Source: Candidatus Bathyarchaeia archaeon (GTDB taxonomy: Archaea > Thermoproteota > Bathyarchaeia > Bathyarchaeales > Bathycorpusculaceae). Taken from it: DNA of 64,000 bases. The notes beneath the pieces were generated by a model, which saw only the letters and a list, made by a program, of their open reading frames with translations, was not told the origin of the DNA and ran no database searches. Location of the stretch: assembly GCA_038883795.1 (NCBI GenBank), contig JAVZLK010000003.1, positions 75,202 to 139,201 of the forward strand, in the 5' to 3' direction. A program made the position numbers and the translations under genes. Below are positions 1 through 10,355 of the stretch, in pieces. Positions within the stretch are counted from its first letter, which is position 1. Every line of letters starts with the position of its first letter.

Positions 1-408
1 CCTTTCCTTGAGTTTAGTTTTCTCGAAGAAGTTTTCTATTAATGGAGCAGATTTTGGAGTCATGGATGGCGGAAGCTGAAACAAGAAGAAGTCTATGCTC
101 TGTTCCATTGGCGCGAAAAGGCTTCTAAACCTATTCCACAACTGAAAAGCCCTATCGTTAAACTTGAAAGTGTGGGTTATCAAACGGTTAACCTTAACGG
201 ACCATCTAAGCCCTTTACCCTTTAAAGCCCAAGACCTAACCATATTCGGAAAAGGAAAACGATAAAAACTTGCATTCAACTCCACAGCATTCAAGCCAGA
301 GTTCCTCACGTACCAATCGAAATTTCCGTCCTCATTCCAAGAATACGCCCACCCCGAAGTTCCAACGTAAAATTCCAAACCCTTTTCACTAAAGGAATAC
401 TTTCGCAT
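1..408 (-). CDS. DUF72 family protein (TIM-barrel), 3' end runs off the window
   Basis: Not in the ORF track. Manual minus-strand translation from ATG 408 (or TTG 378) gives LEFYVGTSGWAYSW...LNAVELNASFYRFP, the DUF72 N-terminal signatures (GTSGW.Y, VE.N.SFY). Confidence 0.85.
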   Translation of the reverse strand, partial: MRKYSFSEKGLEFYVGTSGWAYSWNEDGNFDWYVRNSGLNAVELNASFYRFPFPNMVRSWALKGKGLRWSVKVNRLITHTFKFNDRAFQLWNRFRSLFAPMEQSIDFFLFQLPPSMTPKSAPLIENFFEKTKLKER

Positions 409-483
409 AGTAATAAAAGAATTTATTCCTTCTCATCTTTAGATTTAAGTGCAGCCTATCCTTTTTCATTTTAGGGCGAAAAT

Positions 484-1137
484 ATGTCTAGAAGTTTTAA
501 ACCCACAGTTTTTGCAGACGCTCGTGAAAGCTTAGACGTTAAAGACCATTTAATAGAGCTTGGCTCTGAAGTTGTGGAAAAGGTTTTGGCGCCTGCAGAT
601 TACGTGGTTTCAGAGGATTATGCGGTTGAGAGGAAGCAGCTTCACGATTTTTTCCGCTCGATATTTGATGGAAGACTTTTTGAGCAAGCTGAGAGGTTGG
701 CTGAGGCTTATGAAAATTCTTGTTTGCTTGTAGAGGGCGATGTAATAAAAGCTGTGAAAGCTCTCCGCAATCCTTTGGTCTTTTGGGGCGCTATAGCAAA
801 AATCATGGCAGATCACCACATTTCCTTAGTATTCACACCAGATGAGCAGCACACAGCCATGTTCCTCCATAGCCTCGCCAAGAAACTCCAAGAAGAAAAG
901 CGTAGAAAAATATTGGTTAAGCACAAGCCTAAAGCTTACACTCTGAAGCAGATGCAAATTTCAGCCGTTCAAAGCCTACCCCTAATAGGTCCAGAAAGAG
1001 CTGAACTTTTGCTCAAAAAATTTGGAAGCGTAAGACGAGTTTTCCAGGCATCGAAGTGGGAGCTGCTTTCTGTAAAGGGATTGGGCGAAAAAACTGTTAG
1101 GAAAATTTTGGATTTTCTTGATGCCAAATATCAATAA
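484..1137 (+). CDS. xpf: Short crenarchaeal-type XPF/ERCC4 structure-specific endonuclease with C-terminal (HhH)2
   Basis: DARE, ADYVV and VERKQLHDF (ERKxxxD) nuclease motifs; HhH repeats LPLIGPERA and VKGLGEKT; no helicase domain. Confidence 0.9.
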   Translation: MSRSFKPTVFADARESLDVKDHLIELGSEVVEKVLAPADYVVSEDYAVERKQLHDFFRSIFDGRLFEQAERLAEAYENSCLLVEGDVIKAVKALRNPLVFWGAIAKIMADHHISLVFTPDEQHTAMFLHSLAKKLQEEKRRKILVKHKPKAYTLKQMQISAVQSLPLIGPERAELLLKKFGSVRRVFQASKWELLSVKGLGEKTVRKILDFLDAKYQ

Positions 1138-1154
1138 AAAGAAGGAAAACATGT

Positions 1155-1577
1155 TTAGCCTTTAACTTCGCTGATAAACTGCTCGTAAACCTTCTGCACC
1201 CGCTCAGCAGCCGGACCAGAACCTTCTACAACGCCTTTCTCTGTCACTTTAACCTTGTCCATGACCCAAATGAAACCCTTATCCTCATAAAGCTTAACCA
1301 TTGTTGGAAAAACCTTTTCAAGACGGTCTGCCAAAGCCTTAAGGTCAAAGGGTTTCTCCACGCTCAATATTTGCGCTACAACATTGCCATTGAGGAAAAC
1401 TCTGTGCAAAATTTTTCCCTCTTCATCCTTTGCTTCGGCGAGGCATAGGCTTAAAGTGTCAGGGTTAATGCCGACTAAAGTTCCGCTAAAAGTTTTCCCA
1501 GTGGTTGTTGAAACAATCACGCTTTTATCCACTAACGTTGCCACTTCGGTGAAAAACTTCCTCTGCGCCACTGACAA
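1155..1577 (-). CDS. Sm-like archaeal protein with C-terminal domain (SmAP3/Lsm)
   Basis: Sm1/Sm2-like N-terminus (GKTFSGTLVGINPDTLSLCL...RVFLNGNVV) plus the ~60-aa C-terminal domain typical of TACK SmAP3. Confidence 0.85.
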   Translation of the reverse strand: MSVAQRKFFTEVATLVDKSVIVSTTTGKTFSGTLVGINPDTLSLCLAEAKDEEGKILHRVFLNGNVVAQILSVEKPFDLKALADRLEKVFPTMVKLYEDKGFIWVMDKVKVTEKGVVEGSGPAAERVQKVYEQFISEVKG

Positions 1578-1622
1578 TTATTTAACCTCCTTTCTACGGT
1601 TAAGAGTTAGGAAAACATGTAT

Positions 1623-2927
1623 TTAGGATTTTAACAAGCCAGACCGAACAGTTATCTTATTTTCTCTTTTCACGTAGCATTTCTTATCCAAAAAAATCAC
1701 TTTATTAGGTTCGAGGTCTTCTTGCAAGCAGACACCAGCCCCAACAATGCTGTTCGGTCCGATTTTCACGCCTGGCAAAAGTGAAGCATTAATGCCCACT
1801 TTGCAGAAATCACCCACTATGGCGCCAAGTTTGTTAGTGCCAGAATCCACTTTTTCGCCTTCCACCATAACCTTAACGTTTTTCTCGTCGAATCGGAAGT
1901 TTGCGGTTACCGCTCCGGCGCCGAAGAGGCAGTTGTCTGAAATTATGGAGTCACCTATGTAATTCTTGTGGAACCAACAATTGTCGCCTATCAAAGAATG
2001 CTTAATCTCGCTCGAAAAACCCACAACGCAGTTATCACCAACAGAAGAGTAATCTCGAACCAAAGCATTATCGCCAATAAGGCTGTTTGAACCAATATAG
2101 CAAGGTCCTTTTATAGAGGCTCCGCCAAGAATTTTAGTTCCACGCCTAATCCAAACCTTCCCCTCAACATTCGCCCCTTCAGAAATTTCCACATCATCTT
2201 CGATTATTTTTTCCTTTATTTGCTCATCCATTAAATGCGCATTTATGGTGAAGAGGTCCCAAGGATACTTGTAGCTGGCAAAGAATCCTTCATAGCGGGC
2301 GGCTATAACCATATTTTTGTCTTCGATGAACTTTTGAATGGCATCCTCATATTGGTGGTCTGAAACTGGAATTTTCTTGAAATAGCTGAAAATTCTTTTA
2401 GTCATTAGGTAAACGCCAATAACTGCTAAATTGCTTGGTTCAGTTCCCTTGGGCGGCTTTTCAACTAATTTTGTTACTTTGTTGTTTTTGATCTGGATTA
2501 TGCCAAACTTCCACGTTTCCTTGACGGGTTTACATGAAAGAACTATCTCTGCATTGCCCTTTCTAAATTTTTTAAGCATTTCTTTTATCAGAGAACTCTC
2601 AAAAACATCATCGGCATTGACAACAAAAAAGTTGTCTTCAACCAAATTTTTCGCAGATTCGAGGGCATTCGCCATTCCAAGGGGCTTTTTCTGAGGCGCA
2701 TATTCAATTTTAACCCCAAATTTTTTACCATCACCCAAGTAATCTTTAATCAACTTTCCATTTTCGCCTATCACGACTATGAAGTCTTCTAAGCCAGCCT
2801 CTTTCAAAATTTCAATTACATGCTGGATTAGGGGTTTTCCCAAGATTTTAAACATGGGCTTTGGCTTAACAGCAGCTAATGGGAAAACCCTTCTTCCGCT
2901 TCCACCGGCAAGAATAACTGTTTGCAT
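1623..2927 (-). CDS. glmU: Bifunctional sugar-1-phosphate nucleotidylyltransferase/acetyltransferase (GlmU-like)
   Basis: ILAGGSGRR...KPKP nucleotidyltransferase motif, VEKP, and C-terminal hexapeptide repeats with NYIGDS and GAGAVTAN. Confidence 0.85.
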   Translation of the reverse strand: MQTVILAGGSGRRVFPLAAVKPKPMFKILGKPLIQHVIEILKEAGLEDFIVVIGENGKLIKDYLGDGKKFGVKIEYAPQKKPLGMANALESAKNLVEDNFFVVNADDVFESSLIKEMLKKFRKGNAEIVLSCKPVKETWKFGIIQIKNNKVTKLVEKPPKGTEPSNLAVIGVYLMTKRIFSYFKKIPVSDHQYEDAIQKFIEDKNMVIAARYEGFFASYKYPWDLFTINAHLMDEQIKEKIIEDDVEISEGANVEGKVWIRRGTKILGGASIKGPCYIGSNSLIGDNALVRDYSSVGDNCVVGFSSEIKHSLIGDNCWFHKNYIGDSIISDNCLFGAGAVTANFRFDEKNVKVMVEGEKVDSGTNKLGAIVGDFCKVGINASLLPGVKIGPNSIVGAGVCLQEDLEPNKVIFLDKKCYVKRENKITVRSGLLKS

Positions 2928-4300
2928 TAAAACTCCTCCATAACCTTTTTTAATTCCTTCACAGCAAACTGGTAAAGCCCTTCAAGTTTTTCTTCAGTTT
3001 TTGCTTCAGCGGAAACTCTTATGAGGGGTTCAGTGTTTGAGGGTCTTAAAAGAACCCAACCATCCTTGTCCAACAATTTTATTCCATCCACATCTAAAAA
3101 TTTCAAACCATAATCCCTAAACTTGGCTCCCAATTTTTCGATAACTGCAAATTTTAGTTGGTCGGGACATTCAAAATTCTTCTCGTGAATGGATGGATAT
3201 TTGGGCAAAGAATCCACAATTTCAGAAAGCCTTTCACTCCTTTTAGACAATATTTCAGCCATTTTCAAACTGGCAAAAATTGCATCATCCATTCCATTGC
3301 ATTCCAAAAAATAGAAGTGGCTGCTGGTTTCACCGCCCACCAAAGCCTTTTCGCTAATCATTTTATCCATAATAAAAACATGTCCAATTCTTTCAACAAT
3401 GGGAATCCCACCATGCTTTCTTACAAATTCTTCAACAGCCATGGAACAACTTAATTCATAAACTATTTTTCCACCGCTCTCCCTTTTCAGTGCATCCTCA
3501 GCAAAAACCATTAGGGCTAAATCGCCTGGAATTATTCTCCCTTTATCGTCAACGAAAACTGCTCGGTCCCCATCCCCATCATATCCTACGCCAAAATCTG
3601 CCTTAGCCTTAACCACTTTTTGCTTTAATTCACCTAAGGTTTCTTCTTTAGGCTCTGGTAAGTGCGCTGGAAACCTTCCATTAGGCTTCTCGTTTAACGT
3701 TATAATGCTGCAGCCTAACCGCCTAAAGAGGGATGGAACAAGCATGCCACAAACACCGTTGGCAGTATCGGCAACCACGCTTACATTCCTATCAATTCTA
3801 ATTTTGTCTAAGACAAAGTCCGTATAATCCTCAAAAACTCTTTCATACTTCATCACTTTTCTTTTTCTTCCCCCAAATTTTTTGAAATCAATGATCTTGA
3901 CAAGTTCTTTTATTTTAGCCATTTCACCGCCGTACACGCACCCGTTCCGCTTAAACAGTTTAAAGCCATTCCATCCTGGAGGATTATGAGAAGCAGTAAT
4001 CATAACCCCAGCATCTTTTTCCAGGTGATTAATTGCGAAATAAACCAAAGGCGTCGGAACAACGCCTACATCAACAACATTACAATTGAAAGACAATCCA
4101 GACACAAGAGCATTTCTAAGAGTTTCACCACTCAATCTAATATCTCTACCAACAACAACCTCCTTACTTTTCCCCCAAAAAACACCCATCGCAGCCCCAA
4201 GAACTGTGGCGATATCCTCTGTTAACTGTTTTCCAAAGATTCCTCTAATATCGTATGCCCTAAAAATGCTTTCAAAATCTGGTCGCTCACTAGCAGCCAA
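2927..4300 (-). CDS. Phosphohexomutase (PMM/PGM/GlmM family)
   Basis: FRAYDIRG, TASHNP phosphoserine loop, DGDGDR metal loop, GGETSSH and LRPSNTEP. Confidence 0.93.
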   Translation of the reverse strand: MAASERPDFESIFRAYDIRGIFGKQLTEDIATVLGAAMGVFWGKSKEVVVGRDIRLSGETLRNALVSGLSFNCNVVDVGVVPTPLVYFAINHLEKDAGVMITASHNPPGWNGFKLFKRNGCVYGGEMAKIKELVKIIDFKKFGGRKRKVMKYERVFEDYTDFVLDKIRIDRNVSVVADTANGVCGMLVPSLFRRLGCSIITLNEKPNGRFPAHLPEPKEETLGELKQKVVKAKADFGVGYDGDGDRAVFVDDKGRIIPGDLALMVFAEDALKRESGGKIVYELSCSMAVEEFVRKHGGIPIVERIGHVFIMDKMISEKALVGGETSSHFYFLECNGMDDAIFASLKMAEILSKRSERLSEIVDSLPKYPSIHEKNFECPDQLKFAVIEKLGAKFRDYGLKFLDVDGIKLLDKDGWVLLRPSNTEPLIRVSAEAKTEEKLEGLYQFAVKELKKVMEEF

Positions 4301-4391
4301 AGTGATATCTCCATTAAATTCTTATTTTATCATTAGTAAATGCTTTGTTAAAAGCATTCAGCAACATACTATTAATTACTTTTGCGTTCCT

Positions 4392-5480
4392 TTAGGGCTT
4401 CATTTTTAATTTATCAAAGAATTTTATCAACTGCTTTCGTGTGGGATGCATTTTGTTAGGATTTGATATGTAATATGCTGCAACAGCATTAGCTAACGCA
4501 AGTCTACAACCATCCGAAAGTCCGTGGGCATCGCCTAAAATATTTCCAGCGTTCCAAGCATCACCCGCTCCAGTCACCCTTCTAACTGGAACTTTGAAGG
4601 CGGGAACGATTGTTTCCCCCTTCTTTGTAAACGTCGCCGAAAAATCTGTTGTGTGCAAATCAACCCTCGCAGACAAATGAGCCGCTAAAATTCTTGCAGA
4701 CTCCTTTGCCAATTCTTCAAAGGATAAACGTTTCGCCAAAGCTTTCATTTCATCACTCCTCAGATAAGATGCATAGCAGACAGCTTCATTCTCATTCACA
4801 CTCAACACGTCGATTCTTTTGCTCTGCAAAACTTCCTTAATTAACTGGGGAATCTTGCGTTTGTTAGGCGTTGGGTCTGCTGAATCGTAATATGTTTTAC
4901 CTTTACCCCTCGTCTTTACATGAGTGAAAACCGTTTTCGCCAATTCCGTTCCAAAACGCCTTGTCCCCGCCCAATTAAAAACGCAAACATAATCCGCATC
5001 TTCCATAACACTAAAATCATCCCTATTCAAGTAATGCGGTCCAAAACTTGCGAGGGCACCCACATCCCTAAGCATAACATTAACTTTTTCGCCCTTGATT
5101 TCGAATTCCATGGCGGTTGTTATGGACAATTTTTTAAAGATTTTCACATGCGAAAAATCAACCTTTTCCGATTTAAGATAAAACTTCAACAAATGCAATC
5201 CAAGCTCATCGGTGCAAACTATTGGAGTCACTTTCACATTCAAAGCCGCAAGCGCAGAGGCAGTATTAACGGCGTTTCCTCCTCTAAAATCCGCTTGTGC
5301 TATTCCGTCTATACAGCCACCCTTCCTCTGAATTACCTTCCAGAGGTTTTCTGAAAAAGTTTTAATGTTCCATTTTAGGCTAATAAAGCGGTCGAGGAAA
5401 AAATCTGGCATAACAACAACATTAAATTCCTCAATTCGCGCCCTTAAGAACTCTTTCAGTTCCTTGAGAATCTCAAGCAA
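4392..5480 (-). CDS. PfkB/ribokinase-family carbohydrate kinase
   Basis: GGNAVNTASALAAL, NENEA and C-terminal TGAGDAWNAG PfkB signature. Confidence 0.88.
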   Translation of the reverse strand: MLEILKELKEFLRARIEEFNVVVMPDFFLDRFISLKWNIKTFSENLWKVIQRKGGCIDGIAQADFRGGNAVNTASALAALNVKVTPIVCTDELGLHLLKFYLKSEKVDFSHVKIFKKLSITTAMEFEIKGEKVNVMLRDVGALASFGPHYLNRDDFSVMEDADYVCVFNWAGTRRFGTELAKTVFTHVKTRGKGKTYYDSADPTPNKRKIPQLIKEVLQSKRIDVLSVNENEAVCYASYLRSDEMKALAKRLSFEELAKESARILAAHLSARVDLHTTDFSATFTKKGETIVPAFKVPVRRVTGAGDAWNAGNILGDAHGLSDGCRLALANAVAAYYISNPNKMHPTRKQLIKFFDKLKMKP

Positions 5481-5625
5481 AACTCTTCACCAAACAATAA
5501 ATTGTTGTTAAATGTTGATAACGCTTTTTCATAAAAGTATTTAAAGGTTGGACATTTGAGTTAAACGGGGATGGATAAATTGAAACATAAACTCTATCTT
5601 CGCTTTTTATAGATATTTTTTGGTT

Positions 5626-6441
5626 TTATCCAAGCAGGAAACGAACAAAAATCCACACAATGTCGCCGAAAAATAAGGCAATAATTAAGCCTGCAGTTAT
5701 GAAGATGAGCATGGGCAAGCCCGGAGTCGCCCAAACCATATCTTGAATTTTTCCATCTTCTACTGCTTTAGCTAACCTTTCCACAATAGCGTTTCTTTCT
5801 TCATCTTTCGGTATGAGAACAAGCTTTCTTTTAAATCCATCTTCGGAATCTTCCAAGTCTTCTAATGGGTAGAGGTGCCATTTTTCCTTCAATTTGCCAA
5901 TAGAAACCTTATAACCTGTCATCAAAACCAAAAGTTTTCTCCAAAAAGATTCCTTTTCATGCTCTTCAAAGAGTTTTTTGCCAGTTTTTTTGTGCCAGAA
6001 AATGTTGTGAAAGAGCATGTAGATGGCTGTTGCTGCAGCCATTAAAATGGAGTTGCTGAAAACTGTTATTGGAAAAAATTTTTGGGCTATGGGCGAAATT
6101 TCAGTTGAAAGAGGCGTAAGCAGATCATTTGGGTGGAAGGGTAGTGCGAGGGCTAAGCACATTAGGGCTTTGGCGTCTGCTCCTCCAAAACCTCCAGAAT
6201 AAAAGAGTATGATGGCGAAGGCTGATGTTAAGCCAAAGCAGATTCCATAAGAAAGCAGTTGTGAAGACTCGTAGACGTATAGTTCCATGAAGGTTAATGC
6301 GAAGGCTGGTGGGGCGAAAAGGATCCATAGGCTGTTGCTTACTTCACGGGTTTTGTAGTCGCTCCATGAAGCGTAGAATAGGAAGGATAATGTTATAGTT
6401 GTTCTTGCTAGTGCAGTCCATGTTTGCAATGGAAACATCAT
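5626..6441 (-). CDS. pibD: Prepilin/prearchaellin peptidase (A24, PibD/FlaK type)
   Basis: SWSDYKTREV and FGGADAK catalytic aspartates, C-terminal VWATPGLPM motif, multi-TM protein at the end of a pilus locus. Confidence 0.92.
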   Translation of the reverse strand: MMFPLQTWTALARTTITLSFLFYASWSDYKTREVSNSLWILFAPPAFALTFMELYVYESSQLLSYGICFGLTSAFAIILFYSGGFGGADAKALMCLALALPFHPNDLLTPLSTEISPIAQKFFPITVFSNSILMAAATAIYMLFHNIFWHKKTGKKLFEEHEKESFWRKLLVLMTGYKVSIGKLKEKWHLYPLEDLEDSEDGFKRKLVLIPKDEERNAIVERLAKAVEDGKIQDMVWATPGLPMLIFITAGLIIALFFGDIVWIFVRFLLG

Positions 6442-6533
6442 TCAGCCCAAAGGAAACTGTTTCAGATTTTCCTATTTAAATGGTTTAGATAATATTTTGG
6501 TTTTAAAAAGAGCGATTAAAGGAGAAGATTGTT

Positions 6534-6983
6534 CTAGCTTGTTGGTGCTTGTTCTGGGAATGGACCTAAAGGCTGTTGTCCGGCTAAGGGTATAATCTTG
6601 AAGTAATACGTAGTTCCCGCAGTCCAGTTATACTCCACGGTGAGCCTAACGATTTGGCCTGCTGCAAGTGAAACCGGAAGTGAGGGAGTTGTTGTTTGGT
6701 TTTGTAATGTTGTGGATGAAGTTCCAATGTAAACTTGAATTATTTGGGTGTCTGAAGTTCCAGAGTTACCCACGTCGATGTCTATTTTCTTTGTTACGCC
6801 TTCTGTGTAGAATCTTACGTTTGCTTTGTATAGGATTACACCTGCGTGTGTCCCTGCGCTGCTCATGTATGTCATTATCCAAGCGTATGTGACGACTATG
6901 GCGGCTACGGCTATAACTATTAGTAAGAGTGTGGCGAGAATTGGAGATATAGCCTTTTTAGTTTTTAACAGACTTTTAGCCAT
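6534..6983 (-). CDS. Archaeal type IV pilin (probable major pilin)
   Basis: Class III signal peptide KKA^ISPILATLLLIVIAVAA; small beta-sandwich; own SD (GGGTGA) and putative TATA box. Confidence 0.9.
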   Translation of the reverse strand: MAKSLLKTKKAISPILATLLLIVIAVAAIVVTYAWIMTYMSSAGTHAGVILYKANVRFYTEGVTKKIDIDVGNSGTSDTQIIQVYIGTSSTTLQNQTTTPSLPVSLAAGQIVRLTVEYNWTAGTTYYFKIIPLAGQQPLGPFPEQAPTS

Positions 6984-7026
6984 ACGGTTTTCACCCTTCT
7001 TGTTGTTTAGGAAATCTGAAGATTAC

Positions 7027-7042
7027 TTATTTAACTTGTATG
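7027..7042 (-). promoter_or_regulatory. Putative TATA box (TTAAATAA) and upstream element for the pilin gene
   Basis: Minus-strand CATACAAGTTAAATAAG about 45 nt upstream of the pilin start in the 107-bp gap. Confidence 0.45.
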
Positions 7043-7090
7043 AACTTTGAATATGCATTTTAGATAAGTGTGCGCAATAGCGAACAGGGT

Positions 7091-9043
7091 TTAGTTTTCT
7101 GTGGTTACCGTTATTGTCGGCGGATACTCAACAAGAATCCATAAGCCAGAGGCGTTGGTGTCTCCACCTCTATAGATTGGCGTGTAACCTGTCCCAAAAG
7201 TTACGACCGCGCCGTACCAGCAAATATCTAGCGCGCTGGTAAAGCCCGTTACAGACGCTAGTGAACTTACTGGAAGAAGTTCGATTGCCCTTTGGGTAGG
7301 ATAACTAGAACTTATTGTTCTTAGAGCGCCTGTCGGATTTCCGGTTGTGGTTTTATCATCAAAGTAGTACAACATTTTGTTGGATTCGTCTGAGAACATT
7401 ATTCCAAACCCTGCTGATGAAGAGTTTAGTTGTGCCCAGTGATGCTGCCAAACACCAGACCTGTTATAGAATAAATCATAAGCTGTAGAAACTTTTGGGT
7501 AGCCGTTTGGCAATGTACCATTTTCTGTTAACGAAGAAAAGCTACTTTGTGTGCTGACTCTTAATAGGCGTATTTCTGTTATGCTTCTTGGTTTGTCTGT
7601 TGAGTTAAGGAATATGAGGCGCAGTTGATAGGTGTAGTATGTGGCGTTCGCAGGAAGTGTTATAACAACATGAGCATAAAAGTTATAACATTGCGGATCG
7701 TCAACACCACCTGAAAATTCCGGTTCACCATGCACGATGCTTCTAACCGTACCGTTATATATGGTATACGCCCACTCAGGATCCGTATTGTCAGATTCAT
7801 CATTTATTTGCATAAGGTTTGTCGCGCTTGAAGTGCCTCCGACGGTTGCCGTCACCGTGAAACCAGTACTCGAAAGTGTAATGCTAAGTTTGCCGTTGCT
7901 GAGTGTTCTAGTAGAGGGACTATCTTTGAAGTAACGGTTGACATACGCCCATGGTGTTTGGATTGCGGTATCGCTTCCGTTCCACCATATGGTGACTTTT
8001 GTAACGTTTGGATTTATAAGGAAAACTATCATGTGTCTATTGCCGAAAACGCTTGCGTTGCTCGCTAAACCTAAAGGAATTTTGTAGTCTGAAGCCCAAT
8101 CTTCTATCTGGAATGGTACCTCTTGGTTTATGCCGTTTATGGTCTGATTAATGTGTATTGCTTTTACTGGTATTGGCGGTATTGGTTTTGCTTGTGTTGT
8201 CAATTGCAGGTTTTGTCCAAGCCATCGCATTGTGCCATTCTGCAGCAACTCAACAACTATTGTTGCGTCAGTTGCGCTTTTTAATGTTGAGTAAAACGTG
8301 TCGTTCCATGTTAACGTGCATATGTATCGGCTGAATGATGAAGCCACCACTATTAAGCCTCTTTGGTCTTCCACTTGGATGATGTATGAAGAGGGGTCTA
8401 CTCCGGATGGAATGTCAATGGTGTATGTGCCGTTTGCGTCCACATTCAATGTGCTTGGATTAATTGGTATCCATGTTGAGTTTTCGTAAACATAACGGTA
8501 AAACTTGAAGTTTTGCCTTCCTAAACTTAACAATGGTTCACCTTCATCTTTAGTTATTACTAGCACTGTTTGATTAGTCGGGGTTGTTTCCTTTATTTGG
8601 ACTGTTAATTTGCATGAAGTTTCATAGGTCATTCCATACAATCCAAGACCAGTTAAGCTATAATTTACAGCCAGCTTTCCCCTACTCCAACTATTGTTTG
8701 TATACCAGTATGTGCTTAGGTCTACACTGCTTAAATTGAGTGAAGCTCCCAATTCTGGATGCATTCTGGCTATGTTCTCTAATCCGCTACGAGTAAAGTT
8801 TATGGCAAGTTCCCTTGCATATGAAGTGTTTCCAGTAACCTGCAACGCTGAACCATAATAGCCAACTGTAAAGCCTAAAATTTCTTTTAGGGCCATGTTT
8901 GTTTCGTCTATTGCGCTTAATATTTGAGGCTGAACCTGTATTGGACTGGTGCGTATTGTAGAGTAGGTTATTATGACTGTGGCTATGAGGATAACTGCGA
9001 CAAGCAAAGCCGCAATAATAGAATATTGACCCTTACAATTCAT
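7091..9043 (-). CDS. Large minor pilin/pilus adhesin
   Basis: Class III signal KG^QYSIIAALLVAVILIA; 650 aa, beta-rich, S/T/N-rich with many N-x-S/T sequons; within the T4P operon. Confidence 0.75.
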   Translation of the reverse strand: MNCKGQYSIIAALLVAVILIATVIITYSTIRTSPIQVQPQILSAIDETNMALKEILGFTVGYYGSALQVTGNTSYARELAINFTRSGLENIARMHPELGASLNLSSVDLSTYWYTNNSWSRGKLAVNYSLTGLGLYGMTYETSCKLTVQIKETTPTNQTVLVITKDEGEPLLSLGRQNFKFYRYVYENSTWIPINPSTLNVDANGTYTIDIPSGVDPSSYIIQVEDQRGLIVVASSFSRYICTLTWNDTFYSTLKSATDATIVVELLQNGTMRWLGQNLQLTTQAKPIPPIPVKAIHINQTINGINQEVPFQIEDWASDYKIPLGLASNASVFGNRHMIVFLINPNVTKVTIWWNGSDTAIQTPWAYVNRYFKDSPSTRTLSNGKLSITLSSTGFTVTATVGGTSSATNLMQINDESDNTDPEWAYTIYNGTVRSIVHGEPEFSGGVDDPQCYNFYAHVVITLPANATYYTYQLRLIFLNSTDKPRSITEIRLLRVSTQSSFSSLTENGTLPNGYPKVSTAYDLFYNRSGVWQHHWAQLNSSSAGFGIMFSDESNKMLYYFDDKTTTGNPTGALRTISSSYPTQRAIELLPVSSLASVTGFTSALDICWYGAVVTFGTGYTPIYRGGDTNASGLWILVEYPPTITVTTEN

Positions 9044-9046
9044 TCA

Positions 9047-10354
9047 TTACACGCCTCCTACCTGTCCCAACTGCAAAACAACAAGCCTCGTGGCGTTACT
9101 AGCCGTATACTCAGAACGATAAAGCCTGGGCTTATAATCACATAAAAGTCCCAGCGCAGTAAGCCGGATATCTGGTGTTCTGGTTAAACCCAACGCCAAA
9201 AAAGCGCCGGAAACAGTATGCCTAAAAACTGCTCCAGCAATCCAACCACTTACATTATTAAAAATGTATGTGGTTATTTTCAAGTTATATGTGCCTGTTA
9301 TCCATGAAGGTAACGCTCTAGTGGCGGTATGATAAGTGAATGGGTAAATACCGTAGTAATTGCAATAATACTTTGCTTCTGATGAAAGAGACACACTTGC
9401 CAAACTAGGATTATCGCCAGAATCACCAGTAATCCAACTGTCATCATGCGCGTAATTTTGATTATTCAGTCCCCTTAGAAAAGCGTTCAACCCAGCAGGT
9501 CCAGTTTGGTTCATTCCATAAATGCCCCAACCATTGTGACCATTTGCCAAGTTTACCGTATTCGTCACATAATAGAATGGATAGCCGACGATGCTAGTCC
9601 AAGTCCAATTGTAACGGCGTGTCATGTTCCCCAAAAAGTGACAGTAACGAGCATAATCATTAGAATATGGGGTTGTACAATACATCGACGGTATTGGTAC
9701 GGCTTCCCCGAATGTGTTTATGACTACAGCATTTCGAACAACCTCGCCTTGTAAACTTTGGTTGTTTAGTATTTGCGCTAGTTGTGCCGTGTTTTGCACC
9801 ATTACTGTTGTTTTGAAGTATGGCGATAACAGATTGTACAGGTCTTGAGCCAGGCTGTGCGCCGTATAGCCTGTAATCCACCATCCACGAGCATCACTGC
9901 AATTTAATATGTAAAGGGTTCCGCCGACTCCGCTTTCGCCAATCTTCTCGGGAATAACCTTAAAAGTCACGTTAGAAGAAGCAACAAGATAAGAGGCTGC
10001 ATCTGAGCCTATTCCCAAACTTTCAGCATTAGAAATAGAAGTGATGAAACGATAAAGCTGTAAGCTGCTTCCGCCCTGTACTTCATAAACTGTTAAGTTG
10101 TAAATTATGTTGGGCGGCAAACAAGCGGAAAGCGCAACTTGAAGCTCACCCCAAGCCGAATCGCCGGGCGACTTGAACACCATCTCACTTAAACTATAAT
10201 TCACATTCAAAACTTCAAGCGTTGATAACGCCAATCTTCTAAGATTTAAAGGTGAAACCTCTCGTGGCGATGGCAAAACAGCGAAGAAAGCAGCAATTAG
10301 AAAAGCTCCTAAAATTATAACTATTACCAGCAAAACTTCAATTGTCCGCATCAT
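9047..10354 (-). CDS. Pilin-like protein with an inserted alpha/beta extracellular domain
   Basis: N-terminus MRTIEVLLVIVIILGAF (xxTIE plus hydrophobic helix); in the T4P operon. Confidence 0.65.
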   Translation of the reverse strand: MMRTIEVLLVIVIILGAFLIAAFFAVLPSPREVSPLNLRRLALSTLEVLNVNYSLSEMVFKSPGDSAWGELQVALSACLPPNIIYNLTVYEVQGGSSLQLYRFITSISNAESLGIGSDAASYLVASSNVTFKVIPEKIGESGVGGTLYILNCSDARGWWITGYTAHSLAQDLYNLLSPYFKTTVMVQNTAQLAQILNNQSLQGEVVRNAVVINTFGEAVPIPSMYCTTPYSNDYARYCHFLGNMTRRYNWTWTSIVGYPFYYVTNTVNLANGHNGWGIYGMNQTGPAGLNAFLRGLNNQNYAHDDSWITGDSGDNPSLASVSLSSEAKYYCNYYGIYPFTYHTATRALPSWITGTYNLKITTYIFNNVSGWIAGAVFRHTVSGAFLALGLTRTPDIRLTALGLLCDYKPRLYRSEYTASNATRLVVLQLGQVGGV

Positions 10355-10355
10355 T

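Noticed and set aside
5493-5506. AACAAT-AA-ATTGTT inverted repeat upstream of pfkB
   Set aside because: Short and AT-rich, so plausible by chance, and no adjacent regulator gene.
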